Source: Podarcis tiliguerta
Taxonomy: Eukaryota
Length of the DNA: 64,000 bases
NCBI GenBank assembly: GCA_965153285.1
Contig: OZ229116.1
Strand: one strand, 5' to 3'
This document shows, one piece after another, positions 50,481 to 63,751 of this stretch. The notes below the pieces were generated by a model that searched no databases, was not told the origin of the DNA, and worked only from the letters and a program-made list of their open reading frames with translations. Made by a program: the position numbers and the translations under genes. Every line of letters begins with the position of its first letter. The first letter of the stretch is position 1.

Positions 50481-53400
50481 ATCTATCATTGTGTGATTCT
50501 CTATCGATTTTATACTGAATATGAAATATAGCTTCATATTGATAGCTTGAAAAGTTTTAAGTACTTGCTGCTTTTGAATGTTAGAATTCAGGGGGGAATA
50601 TGTGAATGAGGCAAAATCATCCTTATAAGTTGGTCCACAGATATTCATACAACCCAAAAATATAGGAGAATTTTGTAGACTTAGCTTTTTGGACCTGCAA
50701 AATAAGTAAAATTTAAATTTTCACTTTAAATATCTAAGACAGATAATGATAGTAAATTCCAATGTATAGAATAGCTAGGGAATATGAGATAATGAACTCT
50801 TTTAATAGATGACTCTTTTAAAATTTTCTTTATATCATCTTTTGGGAGCTGCTTGCATTAACTGGTAATTTTACTCAGTTTTGTAATGAATAGTTAAACA
50901 TGGATATTTTAACCTACAATGCTCAGATGGAAACTGATTTAATAGCTTTATATTCCCTAGCAAACATAGGGATTGGGAATAATACATTGCTTATTGCAAA
51001 TGTATGTATCTCATCTAAGTCCTGTTCAAGGATGTGAAATCATGCTTTTTCAATAAAGCTAGGGGAAAGATTAAGACAATCAGGCAGTATGAATGTATAA
51101 TAATTCACATGCACATTGCTCAGTTTAGCTAAGTTTGGCTATAATAGTTTAGCATGAGAAAAGAGTTCTGTGCGCCTTGGCTCACATGTTCATCCACCCT
51201 ATGTCAATGGAATGGTATTCGTTTTATTTATCTAAATAAACCTTACATAAGGGTCTCAGATGGGTCTGTGTTACAACACCTGATAATAGCTTTAGTATAA
51301 GTATAAAGAATTGTTTGTGTGTGTTTTATTATGTATGTTTAGTGGGTGTTGTCTGTTGGTGTGTGGGTGGGGGGGGGGAGACTACTCCAATGCCTTGGCT
51401 TTGATGTAATAATGTGTACTGTTTTGGCAGCAGTCCAGATTTTTGGTAATTTGGGGCAATTCCAAAGCATATGTTAGATCATTCTGTCATCTATGTATTA
51501 GATCCGAATCTTGCAAATGATAGAGTTTACTTTAAAGTTTTCCAGCTGGTGTTTTAGAGGTGTAGCTCAACTTCTTAATTGAAGCATGTACCTGAGCTTA
51601 TTAATATTTTACATAGCTTTCATTCTTTTGGACGGAAAAAAAATTGGCTCCACATAGACTGCTTTGATATTCATTTCCTTTATAGTAATGCAGTTTCCTC
51701 TCTATTTCTACTTTGGGTGTCAAATCTGGCAGAAGTGTGAGGCTTTGATCACAGTTCCTTTCTTTTACAAACTGAAACCATTCAATATGAGTATGTTCTT
51801 TGTCTGCATGTATTCTTGATGCGCTCTGTTATGTTCTGATTTTATTATGCTCAATTATGCCTTTATTTTGTTTTTGTTTTCTGTGTTTTATATATAATGG
51901 TATGTTGTTTGGAGATTAGTTTGTTTGACATGGATGTGACACTTAAAATCCTTCAATGGTACTAGTTTGAATGCTGCGCCTCTTCCTCCAATCATAATTG
52001 CAAAAAGTTAAGGATTTTTATGCCTCACTGTACAGTTAAAAGAAACTTTCTTAAGTCCCAGCTCTTTCAAACCACTTGAGCCGTCATTCAGTCAATAAGG
52101 AGCATGAATCCATTATATCAGACATGCACTTAAGATATTGCACTGGCATACTTCAATGTGCTGCTATACTGCTTACATGCCTGAATAACATAGGTGTGGC
52201 CAGTAGCATTGCTCCTTCCCATATTTTCAGCACCTGGTGAAGATCAGGGGTGATGGTCGTGTAAGAAGCACCTGTTCAGTTGACCTTACTCACGTACCCA
52301 CAAAGAAAACTCATGAGATGAGAAATGGAATGGTGGTTACATTTATTAAAATAGAACAACTTGAATGCCCCCATGTTGGAATAGAGTTGGAATAGAGTAT
52401 TTTCCATTATATCCACATTTACAATCCAACCTATTTCTCAAAATCCTTCCTTAGTCCTACTATCTTTAGATATAGGCTTGGGCTCCACCTTGCACCACAG
52501 AGAAGTAATAGACTTCTTACTGACTGCAGTACGATTGATGAAAGCTCAACAATAGAAGAACCAGTCTAAAATGCCCCTGAACATGTGGGGAGAAATATCT
52601 GGGATACAGCAATGTCTGGGTGTCTCACTGGACACAGGAGGGTGATTAAAGGCATAACATCTTTTTAAAAAGGTTGTGTTGCCATCTTTAAAAATGGCAT
52701 GACACACCTGCTCGCTCTCTCTCAACCCGAGCAATTTTGCACCTGATTTCAGTTGATTTCCTTGTTTACCAGTGCTCAGTTTTATCACAACCCTTAATTA
52801 AATGTAGCATATGGGAGTGGCATAAGGAAGTGGGAGAACCAAAGGAAGGGTGAATAGACTGGTTGCTGCTGTTCTCCAATGCACTATCCTTTGCTTGATT
52901 TACTGTTACCCTATCTGAATTAGGTAGTCATATATTGTTGTATTATGTTGGGATATCATGTTTCCTCTTGTAGCTATAAACCCCTTGTATGGAGGCTTCC
53001 ACAGGACGTAACAGAACTGTGCTCTTGCCCTTCTACACACAGTGTGTGCACATCAAAGCCTGCATAGTTAGCACCAGGTTGTTACAGATAAATAGTCAAT
53101 GAAATAAGTGGTACCTATATTTCCTAGATATGGCAACCATAGGGTTTTTCCAGAGTTCATTCTTGATATATTTTCTGTGGTTTAGCACAAGGGATGTAAT
53201 TTCACTGATCCATCCATTAAAAATACATATTTTTAGTTTTATTGAACTAGCTTTTCTTTCATATTCTAAAATTCCCAGACACAAAATAATAGTAAACTAT
53301 AAGCTGTTGAGGAGATTTCCTTGATTTCAAAAGTTATCTCATTCTTCCTATCTGAGACAAATTATATTTTGTTGTCGAGGTGAAATATTGAGTAAGAACC

Positions 53401-55072
53401 ATGAGTTCTTTAATGAGCTTACTATTACAGTGTGATTTTTAATTGAGGTGGGTACAGTCAAGAGTGTTCAAGAAAGATGCAGTGTCCAGGACTGCTAATT
53501 TCCCTTGAAACATTCAGAGAAAATAAACAAGACTCTTCCTTACAACACAATTTATAACTGTGTGAAAATGACCTATCTGTCTTCCACCGGGGCATATGCA
53601 ATATGTTTGTGAGGTTTATTATAAAGGAAAACAGATGGTGGTATTTAAGTGAAGAAGAAAGTGTTTGGATGAATGTTGAAAAAATTAATGATTAATGTTT
53701 GCTTCCCAGATGAGTCGTTTCTCATATCTCACATTAAGAGTATTAATGTGCAAGTATAGTTCAACTAGCCATTCCTGTTCCTTTTCTTAGTCATAGCTCT
53801 TAGTAGTATTTTATTCCCATTTCATTATTTTTTAGCATAAAGCAGTATATAGCAGTGAAACCACCAACCTCTTTTGGCCAGTTGGCATACTTGCAAACTG
53901 GGGAAACTGTTGTGCGCAGCACACACATTACAAACATGCATCCACCACACACACCTCTTGACATGTATGCACACACTATCCACCTCCACCAGGACTTAGG
54001 TTTGGGAAAGGTTTTTGTTTTTTTGAAGCCTGACAAGTGGGGATAGCCTTCCTGAAGAGTGCAGTATACCAGTTAAACCAAACACTAGCATGGTTGGGAA
54101 ACCTTTTCTGATCACATCAACACTATAATTTGTGAAAATGTTATTCTTATAATTTATTAATTAACACTTGCTGGTATTGTGAACCAGTTATTGTGAACCA
54201 AAGAATTTTCGAACCGAAGTTCTAGATTAAATTTATAGAATAACAAGATAGAAACTGAAGACAAAACCAGTTATTGGGAGTTGCATACGGGTAGGGTGAC
54301 TTTATATGCCAGCAAGACATTGGATGTTCCATCTACATTTAAGTAGAAAAAGAAAGTGTGATTCATTGTAGAAAATGTGTAAACTAATTTCACCTCAGGG
54401 TTACACAAACCAATTGTTGAACTTGCTTGAGTATTTGAACTAGCATGTGTAATGGCTATAGGTGGAGTATTATAGTGCATTGGTACCATACTAAAAGCAG
54501 CAAATAACTCAACACTGAGTGTGAACTTAGTTTCTGATGTTGATTATAGATCCTTCTGACAAACTACATGATTGCAGTGCATAGACGGCAGACATTGACA
54601 CATATGTGTCAAGCACATCTCCGTCATAATAAGAAAATAATCCTTTTCTGCCAGATCCCAAGTTCCCTCCTGCCCCTATTCCCTCACTGTGGATGTCTGG
54701 CTCATACAGTGACTATCTGCATTCTGGGGATTGCAGGGATTTAACATCCGTAAATTCCTACTCTGGTTACTGGAGTGGGCCTGTCCATATGATAGAAATG
54801 AGTTTTAAGAATTCCAGGATAATAAGCTGCCTTATAAAAGCAAAGGCATATGATATGCTGATATCGTTCATATCTGACGCTAGCAACCACTGACTTATTT
54901 GTAATTAAAATTAATGATATTTTGGAAACAAGTTTATGCTGGGTTCATTGGGGGGAACTTGTTCTATTGTGATGTTCAAGGTAGTAACAAATTTGCAAGC
55001 AGGGAATTAAAATGGAAAATGCAGGAGTCAAAGAATGCATTCAAGTTATTTTATTTCTTTTCTTTTTAACAG

Positions 55073-55195
55073 GTGGCTGTTCATTCGATGAACCTTTTGC
55101 ATCATGTGGATATAGCCAGTCTGATGATGATGACCTTAACTGGGATCAAGTGAACACATTGGTAAAGCCCTCATCAGATCCATGGTTGCCAACAG
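55073..55195 (+). CDS. PTPRM: Internal coding exon (exon 2) of receptor-type tyrosine-protein phosphatase mu; N-terminal part of the MAM domain
   Basis: Polypyrimidine tract plus acceptor (ttatttcttttctttttaacag|G) and donor (CCAACAG|gtagtt); 123 bp, phase 1-1. Translation GGCSFDEPFASCGYSQSDDDDLNWDQVNTLVKPSSDPWLPT(G) matches my recollection of PTPRM (GGCLFDEPYSTCGYSQSEGDDFNWEQVNTLTKPTSDPWMPSG) much better than PTPRK/PTPRT/PTPRU. Confidence 0.93.
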
Positions 55196-56418
55196 GTAGT
55201 TTTCAGTTAAAATTATTTCTTTCATATATTGTATGTGTTATCACTTGCAGTATCTCTTTCTACTATTGCTTATGAAATATGTGGGCACATCAAATATGGC
55301 AAAGATAGGGAGATAAAGCACTGGTGGTGATATTTCGTTACCACATCCTGTCAGCAAAAGAATTTCCGCTTGCTCTCCTCTCCCTGCCTGTGTCTTTTGT
55401 ACCCTCTCCAAATCCAGAAGGTTAGGAGAATCCTTGAACCCTTAGATGGTGTACAAGGAAGAACATTCCATTGTGCAAGCCTAAAGTATTCAGCTGATGG
55501 AAGGTTCACTTAGTGCTACGTTGAATTCTACCCCAAGTCTTCTCTTTAAAGATAACTTTCTAAAAATCAGGCAGAGCACTTTATATTCACATTGGCAGAT
55601 AAAGCTGCTAGGGTGTGGAGGCCACTTCTGTCAGCATACTGGTTGCTCGGGCCCATGGGTTAACCATGATATAGGGCAGGGTTGGCTACCCCAGCTACTT
55701 CCCTGTCTGCTTACCTTTTCATATCTTAATGTGGTTGTGAATTCTAAATATTGTCTGATATTTTATGGCAACTACCTACCAGTGTCACCTTCTGGTTTTG
55801 ATGTTGCAACCAAACCTTAGCTTGTCAGCCCTTGAAGTCTCTTGTTGGGGTTACAAAAGGATATCCATTTTATTACTAATGGGATGTTTTCAGGCACACT
55901 GAAAAACAAATAGCTTTCTCTTCAGTCCAAAATAGAAATGTTTTTTCCCCCTTAACTCTTTAAGATTTGTAAAAGTTGAAAAGATATAATTACAACAGGT
56001 TGATGTCTAGATATTTATTTATGTGTAGGCAAAGCAGAGTGGAATAGATAAGAATGCAGACACAATTCTCTTTCAAAATCACATAAGGTTTGTTGGAGTG
56101 AGTAGGTGGTCTTAATTGCACATATCTGACAAATTCTTTGTAAAACAAGAAATGAGTAAGAACATCAAATAGCATTTAGAAGTGGTTGAAAGAAGAGCAC
56201 ATTATATCTTTCAGTTGTTCAGAACTATCACCTTATTCCTTGCTGCTCACAAAAAATATATAAAGAAGCACCACAGTTCAAATTAGGTGTGTGGATCAAA
56301 TATAAAGTTTGAGATCCTTTGAAAAAATAATTATTTGAACTGAAGCAGTTCAAAGGCTATCTGGTTCAGCTTGGGGTCCAAATTTTGATTCAGAAAAATG
56401 AAAACTAAAAAATGCTAG

Positions 56419-57180
56419 TGTCAGAGCTGGCTCCAGGTCCCAGCTCACAGAGGACCAACGCTAGCCGGTAGTAATGTACAAAAGTCTTTATTGAAGTACA
56501 GTTTCCATTTTCAATCCGCAGCGCCCCAGCTCTACGTCTAGGGTTAGATCGGCGAAGCTCCATCTGAATCTCCGCCCCCTGTACACCAGTTTAAGATTCT
56601 AGCCTTACTCCACCTCTTCCGTCTCTCCTTTCTCCTCTGGGTTCTGCTACCCCCCGGGGTCCCTTCCTTCCTGGATTCTTCTGACGCTGACGTTTACCCC
56701 CCTGACTCCTCCCGCTCTTTTCGGCGGGCTTTGGGACCTGGCTCCCTATCCGGGCTGCCAACTGTGCCGCCCTCCTGTACATTTGAACTTGGCGCGCGCG
56801 CCCAGCCTTCAACCTTCCTCTCGACCGTTTCCTCGCTCCCCGATGGAGGCGTGGCCAATCCTGACTCATGTCCTCCCGCTGGCAGTGCGCCGCCTGATCC
56901 CGATGCCTGGGACTCCTCCCCCCTACTGCACTCTGGTGTGGACGCTGGTCCTGATTTCCAACTGCTGCTCTCTGAGTCCCCTCTGGCCCCTTCTTCCTGG
57001 GGTGTCCCCCTAGGCACCCCCCTTGCCCTGACCATGGGAGCCCCTTTCTGTGAATCTTCCGATTCGCTGGAAAGACTCAGAGACCTCGGACCGCTGTCAT
57101 CGCTAACATTTCCTTCCGACTCCTCCCCCTCGCTCTCTATTTCCTCCCTTTCCTGTGCCTCTGCTCCTGAACCCCTGACA
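56419..57180 (-). mobile_element. Young solo LTR (probably Gypsy/Metaviridae), 762 bp
   Basis: TGTCAG...CTGACA termini, perfect 5-bp TSD GCTAG (56414-56418 and 57181-57185), AATAAA on the minus strand at 56487-56492, CpG-rich. Confidence 0.92.
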
Positions 57181-60100
57181 GCTAGCTTTTTTCTTTTCAA
57201 CAGAAATGAATGAAATTTCCTTCTGAGTGGATAAAATTTTCCAAATCAGAGACAAACTTGTTAAGGGTTTTTGGTTTGGACACATTTAAAATTTTATCCT
57301 CCCTTCCCCAAAAAGAGCCATCTATAACTTTATTATTTCTTAGGCAGAAACTACAGCCTTGTGTTCTACTCAGTTGGCATCAGAATCCACAGGAAGTAAA
57401 TGATGAGTGGATAGGAGTAGTGACACAAAGATAAAAGAACTTGAATATCCAGCTTTTCCCAAGCAAACACCACCTGTATAGAGCAAGTAAAGAGGAGAGA
57501 ATAGAACAGACAAGAAGAAGGTGATTACTTTAGCATCACTTCCCCAAAAGTGTGTGATTGGAGACCCCGATAAAATAAATATTTCTCATTAGAAGCTAGA
57601 CCTGTCCTATACAAAAGAGATTTCCTCCACACCTCTCCTCACTGTGGTTATATAGCAATCTTGGAAGGAAATGTTTCAGTTTTTGCAGACAAATCGCAGC
57701 ATCTTTTTAATTAAAAAAATCCAACTCTCTTATGGTTTGAGGTGCTTTGATGGTCTCTGCTTTGGTTCAGGGTGCTTTGGGCATCCTGCCTTGATTCAAA
57801 CAAGCCCATAATCTGTCTTAAGCTGTCTCGCTTTGGTTCTGGATCTGTCCAAATATTTAGCATACCCCTAGCTCAAACACAACATACTTGCTTTGATTGA
57901 TATCTCTTTTCCAGAAATAGAAGTGACTGTATTATAGTGGCTAAGAGATGGCAACTTTAACCAAGTTGTATCATTAACATTTCACCTCTTGGAGAATCTA
58001 CTTTGGAGAAGAGCTCCAAAACAATGACAATAAGGCTTCAGGCAGCTGTGCAGGCTCCAAACTAGGCTACAGGACAGAACTTAGAGAAACTCCTGACCCG
58101 TAGCAACAAACAAGCTTTGTAATATCTGGACTTGTCTGGCCAAGTTTGAAGAAGCATAGAAGTAGATCCCTGCTGGATCAGATAATATTTTATTTTAAAC
58201 TATATTACCAGAGTTGGCAACTGGTCAACCAGATCTGTGCTGTTTTGCCCTCAACCCCAAAAACTGATATTCAGATGAATCCTGTATCTCAATCTTCAGT
58301 TTCTATTTAGCTAACACAATTAATGCTGGTGGATATACTCCTGAGACCCTGTTAAAGATTATGCAACTAACATTCATATCTAATGTCCTCATTTCAGCTA
58401 AATGTAGCTCCCCTCCAAAAAAACACTCCACACAGCAATAACAAAAGCAAAAAGTAAATTAAAAAGATGGTTTGTCTCAGCAAACATATGAACCTTTGTA
58501 ATGTGGCACATACTAAGTGACAAAGGTATCAATTGAAAACCAGGTAAATTAATTTAGCAAATGGATAAATGATTTAATTTGCTGCATTCTGTGTGAAGAA
58601 TCTATATTGTCATATAGAGATGCTTGAGGAATGCATTCTTTTCCAATTCCCGTATGAACTGTATTGATCTGTACTTTTTGGAATCATGTGCAAATCAAAG
58701 CTTAGCTATTTAACGTATGTTGCACCATTCTGAATTTTGCAGCACTTTTTTTTTTTTTTACAATTTAGTTACAAGTTAGTTTCTTTGCAGTTCAGTATTA
58801 ACTCTTAGTTCCCACTCCCACGTGTATTTAACTGCTTCTCTACTTTCCAACATCATTAGTTATTCACAGTTCTTATAATGATGTTATCAGCTGTGGCCTT
58901 TCTGAAGCATACCGAAACCATATTTTCCTTCTCTAGGATATGAGGCATCAGTTACGGGAACATGTACTTATTTCATAAAATACTTTACAAGTTTTTTATA
59001 ATCTCATGATCAGCATACTGGGTACTCTGCACGCAGGATAGGTTGCATTGGACCACTGGGCAGGACTTGATAAGAATTACTAATGATCAGGCAGTGGGGT
59101 TGGGATAAGTCTGCATTACTTGTCATGAAACAGTACTAAGTATTGAAAATATTAAGGACTATTTTCCTGGTGAACCCTTTTGTGTGAATGGACTTCCCCA
59201 AACTTCCCCACTTTGTGTTATAGGAATTAGGTTGAAAGTTTATTAGATTTTCCAGGTCCAGTTCCCTCAACTGCCGCTTTCTTTTGCTTCCAACTTGAAG
59301 CTAAAGTCACAGTGAGAAGCAAACTATGGAAGAGCTCCGAATTTCAAAAATCAAAATGTGTTTTTACTCTTTGGTTTAAAAAAAGGTTGATTATAATTCT
59401 GTATATGTTCTCTATTTTGTGAAGGCAGAATAAATTAGAAATTGCTGTCACTGAAGGGACAGATAGAATTTAATTCCCCCCCTGTGCCAAGCATCACATT
59501 TATGTCAGAGAAGGTAGCTAATGTTCCAATCTGCAGAAGAAGGTCGTGGCCTTGTGAGAATAATAATGCTTCCATCCTAGCCCTCAAGGATCTGTGCCCC
59601 ACCCCTCTGCAAGCTGCATGACTGAAGGATAACAAGGCAAGAAGCTGTGTAGGTACAGCATCCCAAAATTAATGAAGTATCCCAGGACAGTAGAATGACA
59701 GAAGAGCTGCCTTTTTGCCCCTTAAAGGCACCAGAAAGCATAGCAGGGAAGAGAAAACTGGAATGCAAGCACCATTCTTGAATGGGAAAAAACCCCTGAA
59801 GTTTCATGTTGCTCATCAACACACCCTGTCCATATATTGCGGAAAAACAAATGTATTATGCTAATAATATATGCAAACTAAGATTCACCAGCAGCCTCCA
59901 GAGAGCTCCAGTTGACGAAATGTGTGCATCCTTTGAAATCGACTGGTCTCAGGTACTTGCAGAAACACTCATCAAATTATATCTCCATACGTGGGGGTTG
60001 TGAATTCTCAAGTATCAAAGGGTTTTGCTAGAAGACTGTAGTGGTATCTGGTTTGCTCTATTTGCAGAGCATCTGGGGTTACAGCACTGAACTATCGAAC

Positions 60101-60644
60101 CTGATGGTACAAGTAAAATTATAGAATTCCTTCAGTTTGTTTCTGACAGCTCATCTATGTAGAGATAATTGTTTTCCTAACTTTAGCTTCCTTGATAATT
60201 CAAGAAAAAAATAGGCAAATATGATTTTGACAGTATTAGATTCGTCATGCAAGAAACAGCCATTATTACTTTAAAGCTTGCTCACAATTTTGTGACAACT
60301 GGGTTCCGTAAGTTGAGGGCTCATTGTATTTTAGTAAATGATCTGTCAAATCCCCAAAAGGTGTTTAGTCTTTTATTCAGATGGCTAAGTAATATTAAAA
60401 CATACCATCTTGTTTGCTGTTAATATGATGGAACAGCTGAAGACAAGCTTTAAGAAAGTTCAGTTATTAATATTTATGGCTGTATGAATGCTCATCCAAG
60501 AAAATGCAGACTAATAATTGGGTGTAACTGCAAGAGGTTTTAAAAACTTCTGCTGAGCCACAACTTTTTTTAAGCAAGCTGTTTGGACTCCCCCCAATGA
60601 ATAAATGAAGTGATTCAATTATTTAAAAGTTTATTCAAAAGCTA

Positions 60645-60723
60645 GTGTACATAGTGATGGTTAAGAGAATGAGCTGAGAGCCACGGAGTCCCCAGTTTCA
60701 CCTCATCTCACCCACGAACTTAG
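60645..60723 (+). mobile_element. Degenerate tRNA-derived SINE head (MIR-like)
   Basis: agtgtacatagtgatggttaagaga...gagccacggagtccccagttt resembles A/B-box remnants. Confidence 0.35.
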
Positions 60724-63020
60724 TTTTGCTCTTCTCCGTCATCCCATTCTGCCGCACTGCCCCAAGTTCTCAGTAGTTGCTTGTTATTTTCATCTTTGAC
60801 CTTGTTCCGCTCTCCTGCCCCTCCTCAGTTCATGCAGTTGGCTGGCTTATCACACCAGCAGTATCCCAGGAGATTGGAGCTGTTGCTTATGCTTTCGGAT
60901 GCTTTAGCGGGTAGTGTGTGTACAGCAGATATATCAGATGTGTGTTCTTTACAGTGCTTGGAAATTTCTGTTTAAAAAGGAGGCAGTTCAATTCAAGTTT
61001 ATCAAAATGAACTTTTTAGTTTATAAAAAAAATCAACTTTGGCATTTCCCCCTAGCATTCAGAATGTGGGGAGTCCCAATATAAGTTATACGTTGCACAC
61101 AAGTTATCAGATGTTTGACACAATGTCAACTGGTGAAACTTTCCCATAATTGTATTTCCATACTAAAAAGGCTTGGCTTGTTTAATTTGTGCCAGACACA
61201 TAGCTGTTAAAGGCACAAGGCATCATTTGTTTTGTTTCTGTTCCTTTACTTCTTGCTGCAAGTTGCTCCTGTTAGAAGAGACCAAATCTTTTCAGAAGCA
61301 AAGATTTTTAAAAGTTTCATGTTTATTCCTTCTGATTGTTTAGTCATAGTTTTTAAGGGCCAAGCATCCTTCGCAACAGCAGCACCTCTTAATCTGCCTA
61401 ATAAGCCTTAGACCATTGCCTTCATGTTTACAGTCTAGCTTCCTTTCTAGATGTCCAGTTGACTACTTCATTCTGAGCACTGATTCTTCTGGATCTTATG
61501 TATTACTACTAGCTTGCTATGACTGGCTGTAAAGCTGGTTTGAATGCCACCTCCCATTATGACCGGGGCAGTAATTTGGACTCCTACTGACTTCAGTAGT
61601 GAAACACAACTTTTATATGTGGAACATTATACCAGTGTTTGGAGTGGGACTGATCTTTCATTGAATATAGGTTTTTAATCACATTCCTTTGCATAAATCA
61701 GTTATGATAGTGTATCTCTGCATCCTGCTGGTGCAACAAGTTTATTTGGAGTCCTCTCCTCATCCAGAGAATGTAATTCAATGATAGGACTGTGCCTACA
61801 AACTTTTTGCAATGGTCTTAACTAAATGCAACCAGTACCGCTGTAGAGAGAGTTTTGCCCCTTTTCTGCTGTTAACCCTTGTCTATAACGAGGATGTTAT
61901 GCAAGGCATTTTAGTTGTAGCATAATAATTTAAAGTATAATTACCATTTTTTCTTTTGTTCGGTGCATTCCTTTGTGTGGCATTTCAAAAGTGTAGATGT
62001 TCTCAAAGGCACTGAAAAATCTCATTGTTGCTTGTAAGATATCTAAGTGAAAGCATCTTGATGTAATCTTATTGGAGACATAAACAAAGCAATTCATTAG
62101 TGTGAAGTATTATACTACATTTAACAGCTTTGATCAGAAGTCTTTGAATGTTGCATAATGGGTGTAAAGTTGGGGCTAGTATAGTTGAAATTTAACTACA
62201 AACTTATTTTAATATGTCCTTGGCCACAATTCACATTTAATATAAATTGCAAAGGCATTATCCAACCACCACTGATTCACTGGACTTCTGTAGATGCTGG
62301 GGAAATGGTGATCACTGCCTGCAGTCTGATGACCATCTGAAAGCTGCCATCACTGGGTTGGCATGTAGAGACTTTCTGCACAGTTTCTAATGTGGGGAAC
62401 ACTTCCATGTGTTTATGTTAAAACATTTAAAGCAGCTTTCATATGTTAAATCCCCCATAAGGAGCTCTACCATGCAAAGGAGATTTGGGGCAGTTTCCTC
62501 ATGGGGCTTCTAATTTTTCAGTTGGCTCTTATTAGTTAAAATAGTCATATCTCACCCTTCTAGTGTAAAACTCAGGGGAGTCTTTAACACATATAACATT
62601 AACTGCAAAACAAAAACAAAAAACCCCTGGGTCAGCAGTTGAAGATGCATAAAAACATTGCCGCCTTCAAAAAATAAAAGCTGTCTGGTATTAAAAGTTT
62701 TTCAATAACGTGTGAAAAATAGTGAGGGAAGGGGTCAGCCACACTTCATAGGGAAAGCTGTTTCATAAGCTGAGCCCTTAAATCAAGCTGTTGATTAAAA
62801 TGCTAGAAAACTATTATTAGGTTTTGCTACCCCACCCCACTGCTTTTACTGGTAGACCTTGAAAACCCATTTCTGCATGCATTACTAACATAGTCTCTAA
62901 GTGAATGCAATAAAATTTAATATGGCCATCATAATGTGGATTGAACACATGATTATTGCCTGTAGTTTGCATGAAAATGCAATAGAATATGTGGTGGCTG
63001 TGAGTGATAGTGGGGATTTA

Positions 63021-63399
63021 CCGTATTTTTTGCTCTATAAGATGCACTTTTCCCCTCCTAAAAAGTAAGGGGAAATGTGTGTGCATCTTACGGAGTGAAT
63101 GCAGGCAGGAGGCTCTGCTCAGCGCTCCCTTTAAAGAGCCGTGTGGAGCGTGTGTGCGGCTCTTGGGGGAGCCTTAGCCGCATGCAGCCTCTCCCGGTCA
63201 GGGGGATGAAGGCTCCCCTTACTTGGGAGAGGCTGCGTGGGGCTGTCCCATAAGCCAGGACAGCCAGCGGGATTGCTGCGCAGTGATCCCGCTTGCTGTC
63301 CTGGCTTCTGGGATTCAGAATATTTTTTTTCATGTTTTCCTCTTCCAAAAACTAAGTGCGTCTTATGGTCTGGTGTGTCTTATAGAGCGAAAAATACGG
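63021..63399. mobile_element. Pogo/Tigger-like non-autonomous DNA transposon
   Basis: TA|CCGTATTTTTTGCTCTATAAGA...TCTTATAGAGCGAAAAATACGG|TA. Confidence 0.9.
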
Positions 63400-63501
63400 T
63401 AGATACCAACACATCCCAAGCCTTGCAGCCTGTCTGGAGAGCGGGGGGAAACTTGCCATTGGGATGCTGACTTGACTTCAGCATATTTACACGATTGCTG
63501 G

Positions 63502-63503
<2 letters not shown>

Positions 63504-63545
<42 letters not shown>

Positions 63546-63751
63546 TTATACCCTGCCCACCTGGCTGGGTTTCCCCAGCCACTCTGGGCGACTTCCAACC
63601 GAATATTAAAAACAATACAGCGTCAGACATTAAAAACTTCCCTAAACAGGTCCACCGTCAGTTGTCTTTTAAAAGTAAAATAGTTGTTTATTGCCTTGAT
63701 ATCTGCTGGGAGGGAGCTCCACAGGACAGGTGCCACTACCGAGTAGGCCCT
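63504..63751 (-). mobile_element. L2 LINE 3' end with expanded (TTA)n tail
   Basis: (aat)13 followed by ttataccctgcccacctggctgggtttccccagccactctgggcgacttccaac...gggagggagctccacagg..gccactaccgagtaggccct. Confidence 0.8.

Larger units (their letters stand above)
1..55072 (+). other. PTPRM: 3' portion of the large PTPRM intron 1
   Basis: No signal-peptide exon, CpG-island promoter or other credible exon upstream of exon 2; type IIB RPTP genes have very large first introns. Confidence 0.75.

Noticed and set aside
55012-55275. 87-aa ORF as a stand-alone gene
   Set aside because: Only 55073-55195 is coding; the flanks are intron read-through bounded by canonical splice sites.
56731-57213. 160-aa Ser/Pro-rich + strand ORF
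   Set aside because: Antisense shadow of the GC-rich LTR frame; no splice or start context and no family resemblance.
62320-62375. Possible hammerhead ribozyme core (CTGATGA..GAAA)
   Set aside because: Stem II cannot close (c..t), and stems I/III do not pair in register with an NUH site.
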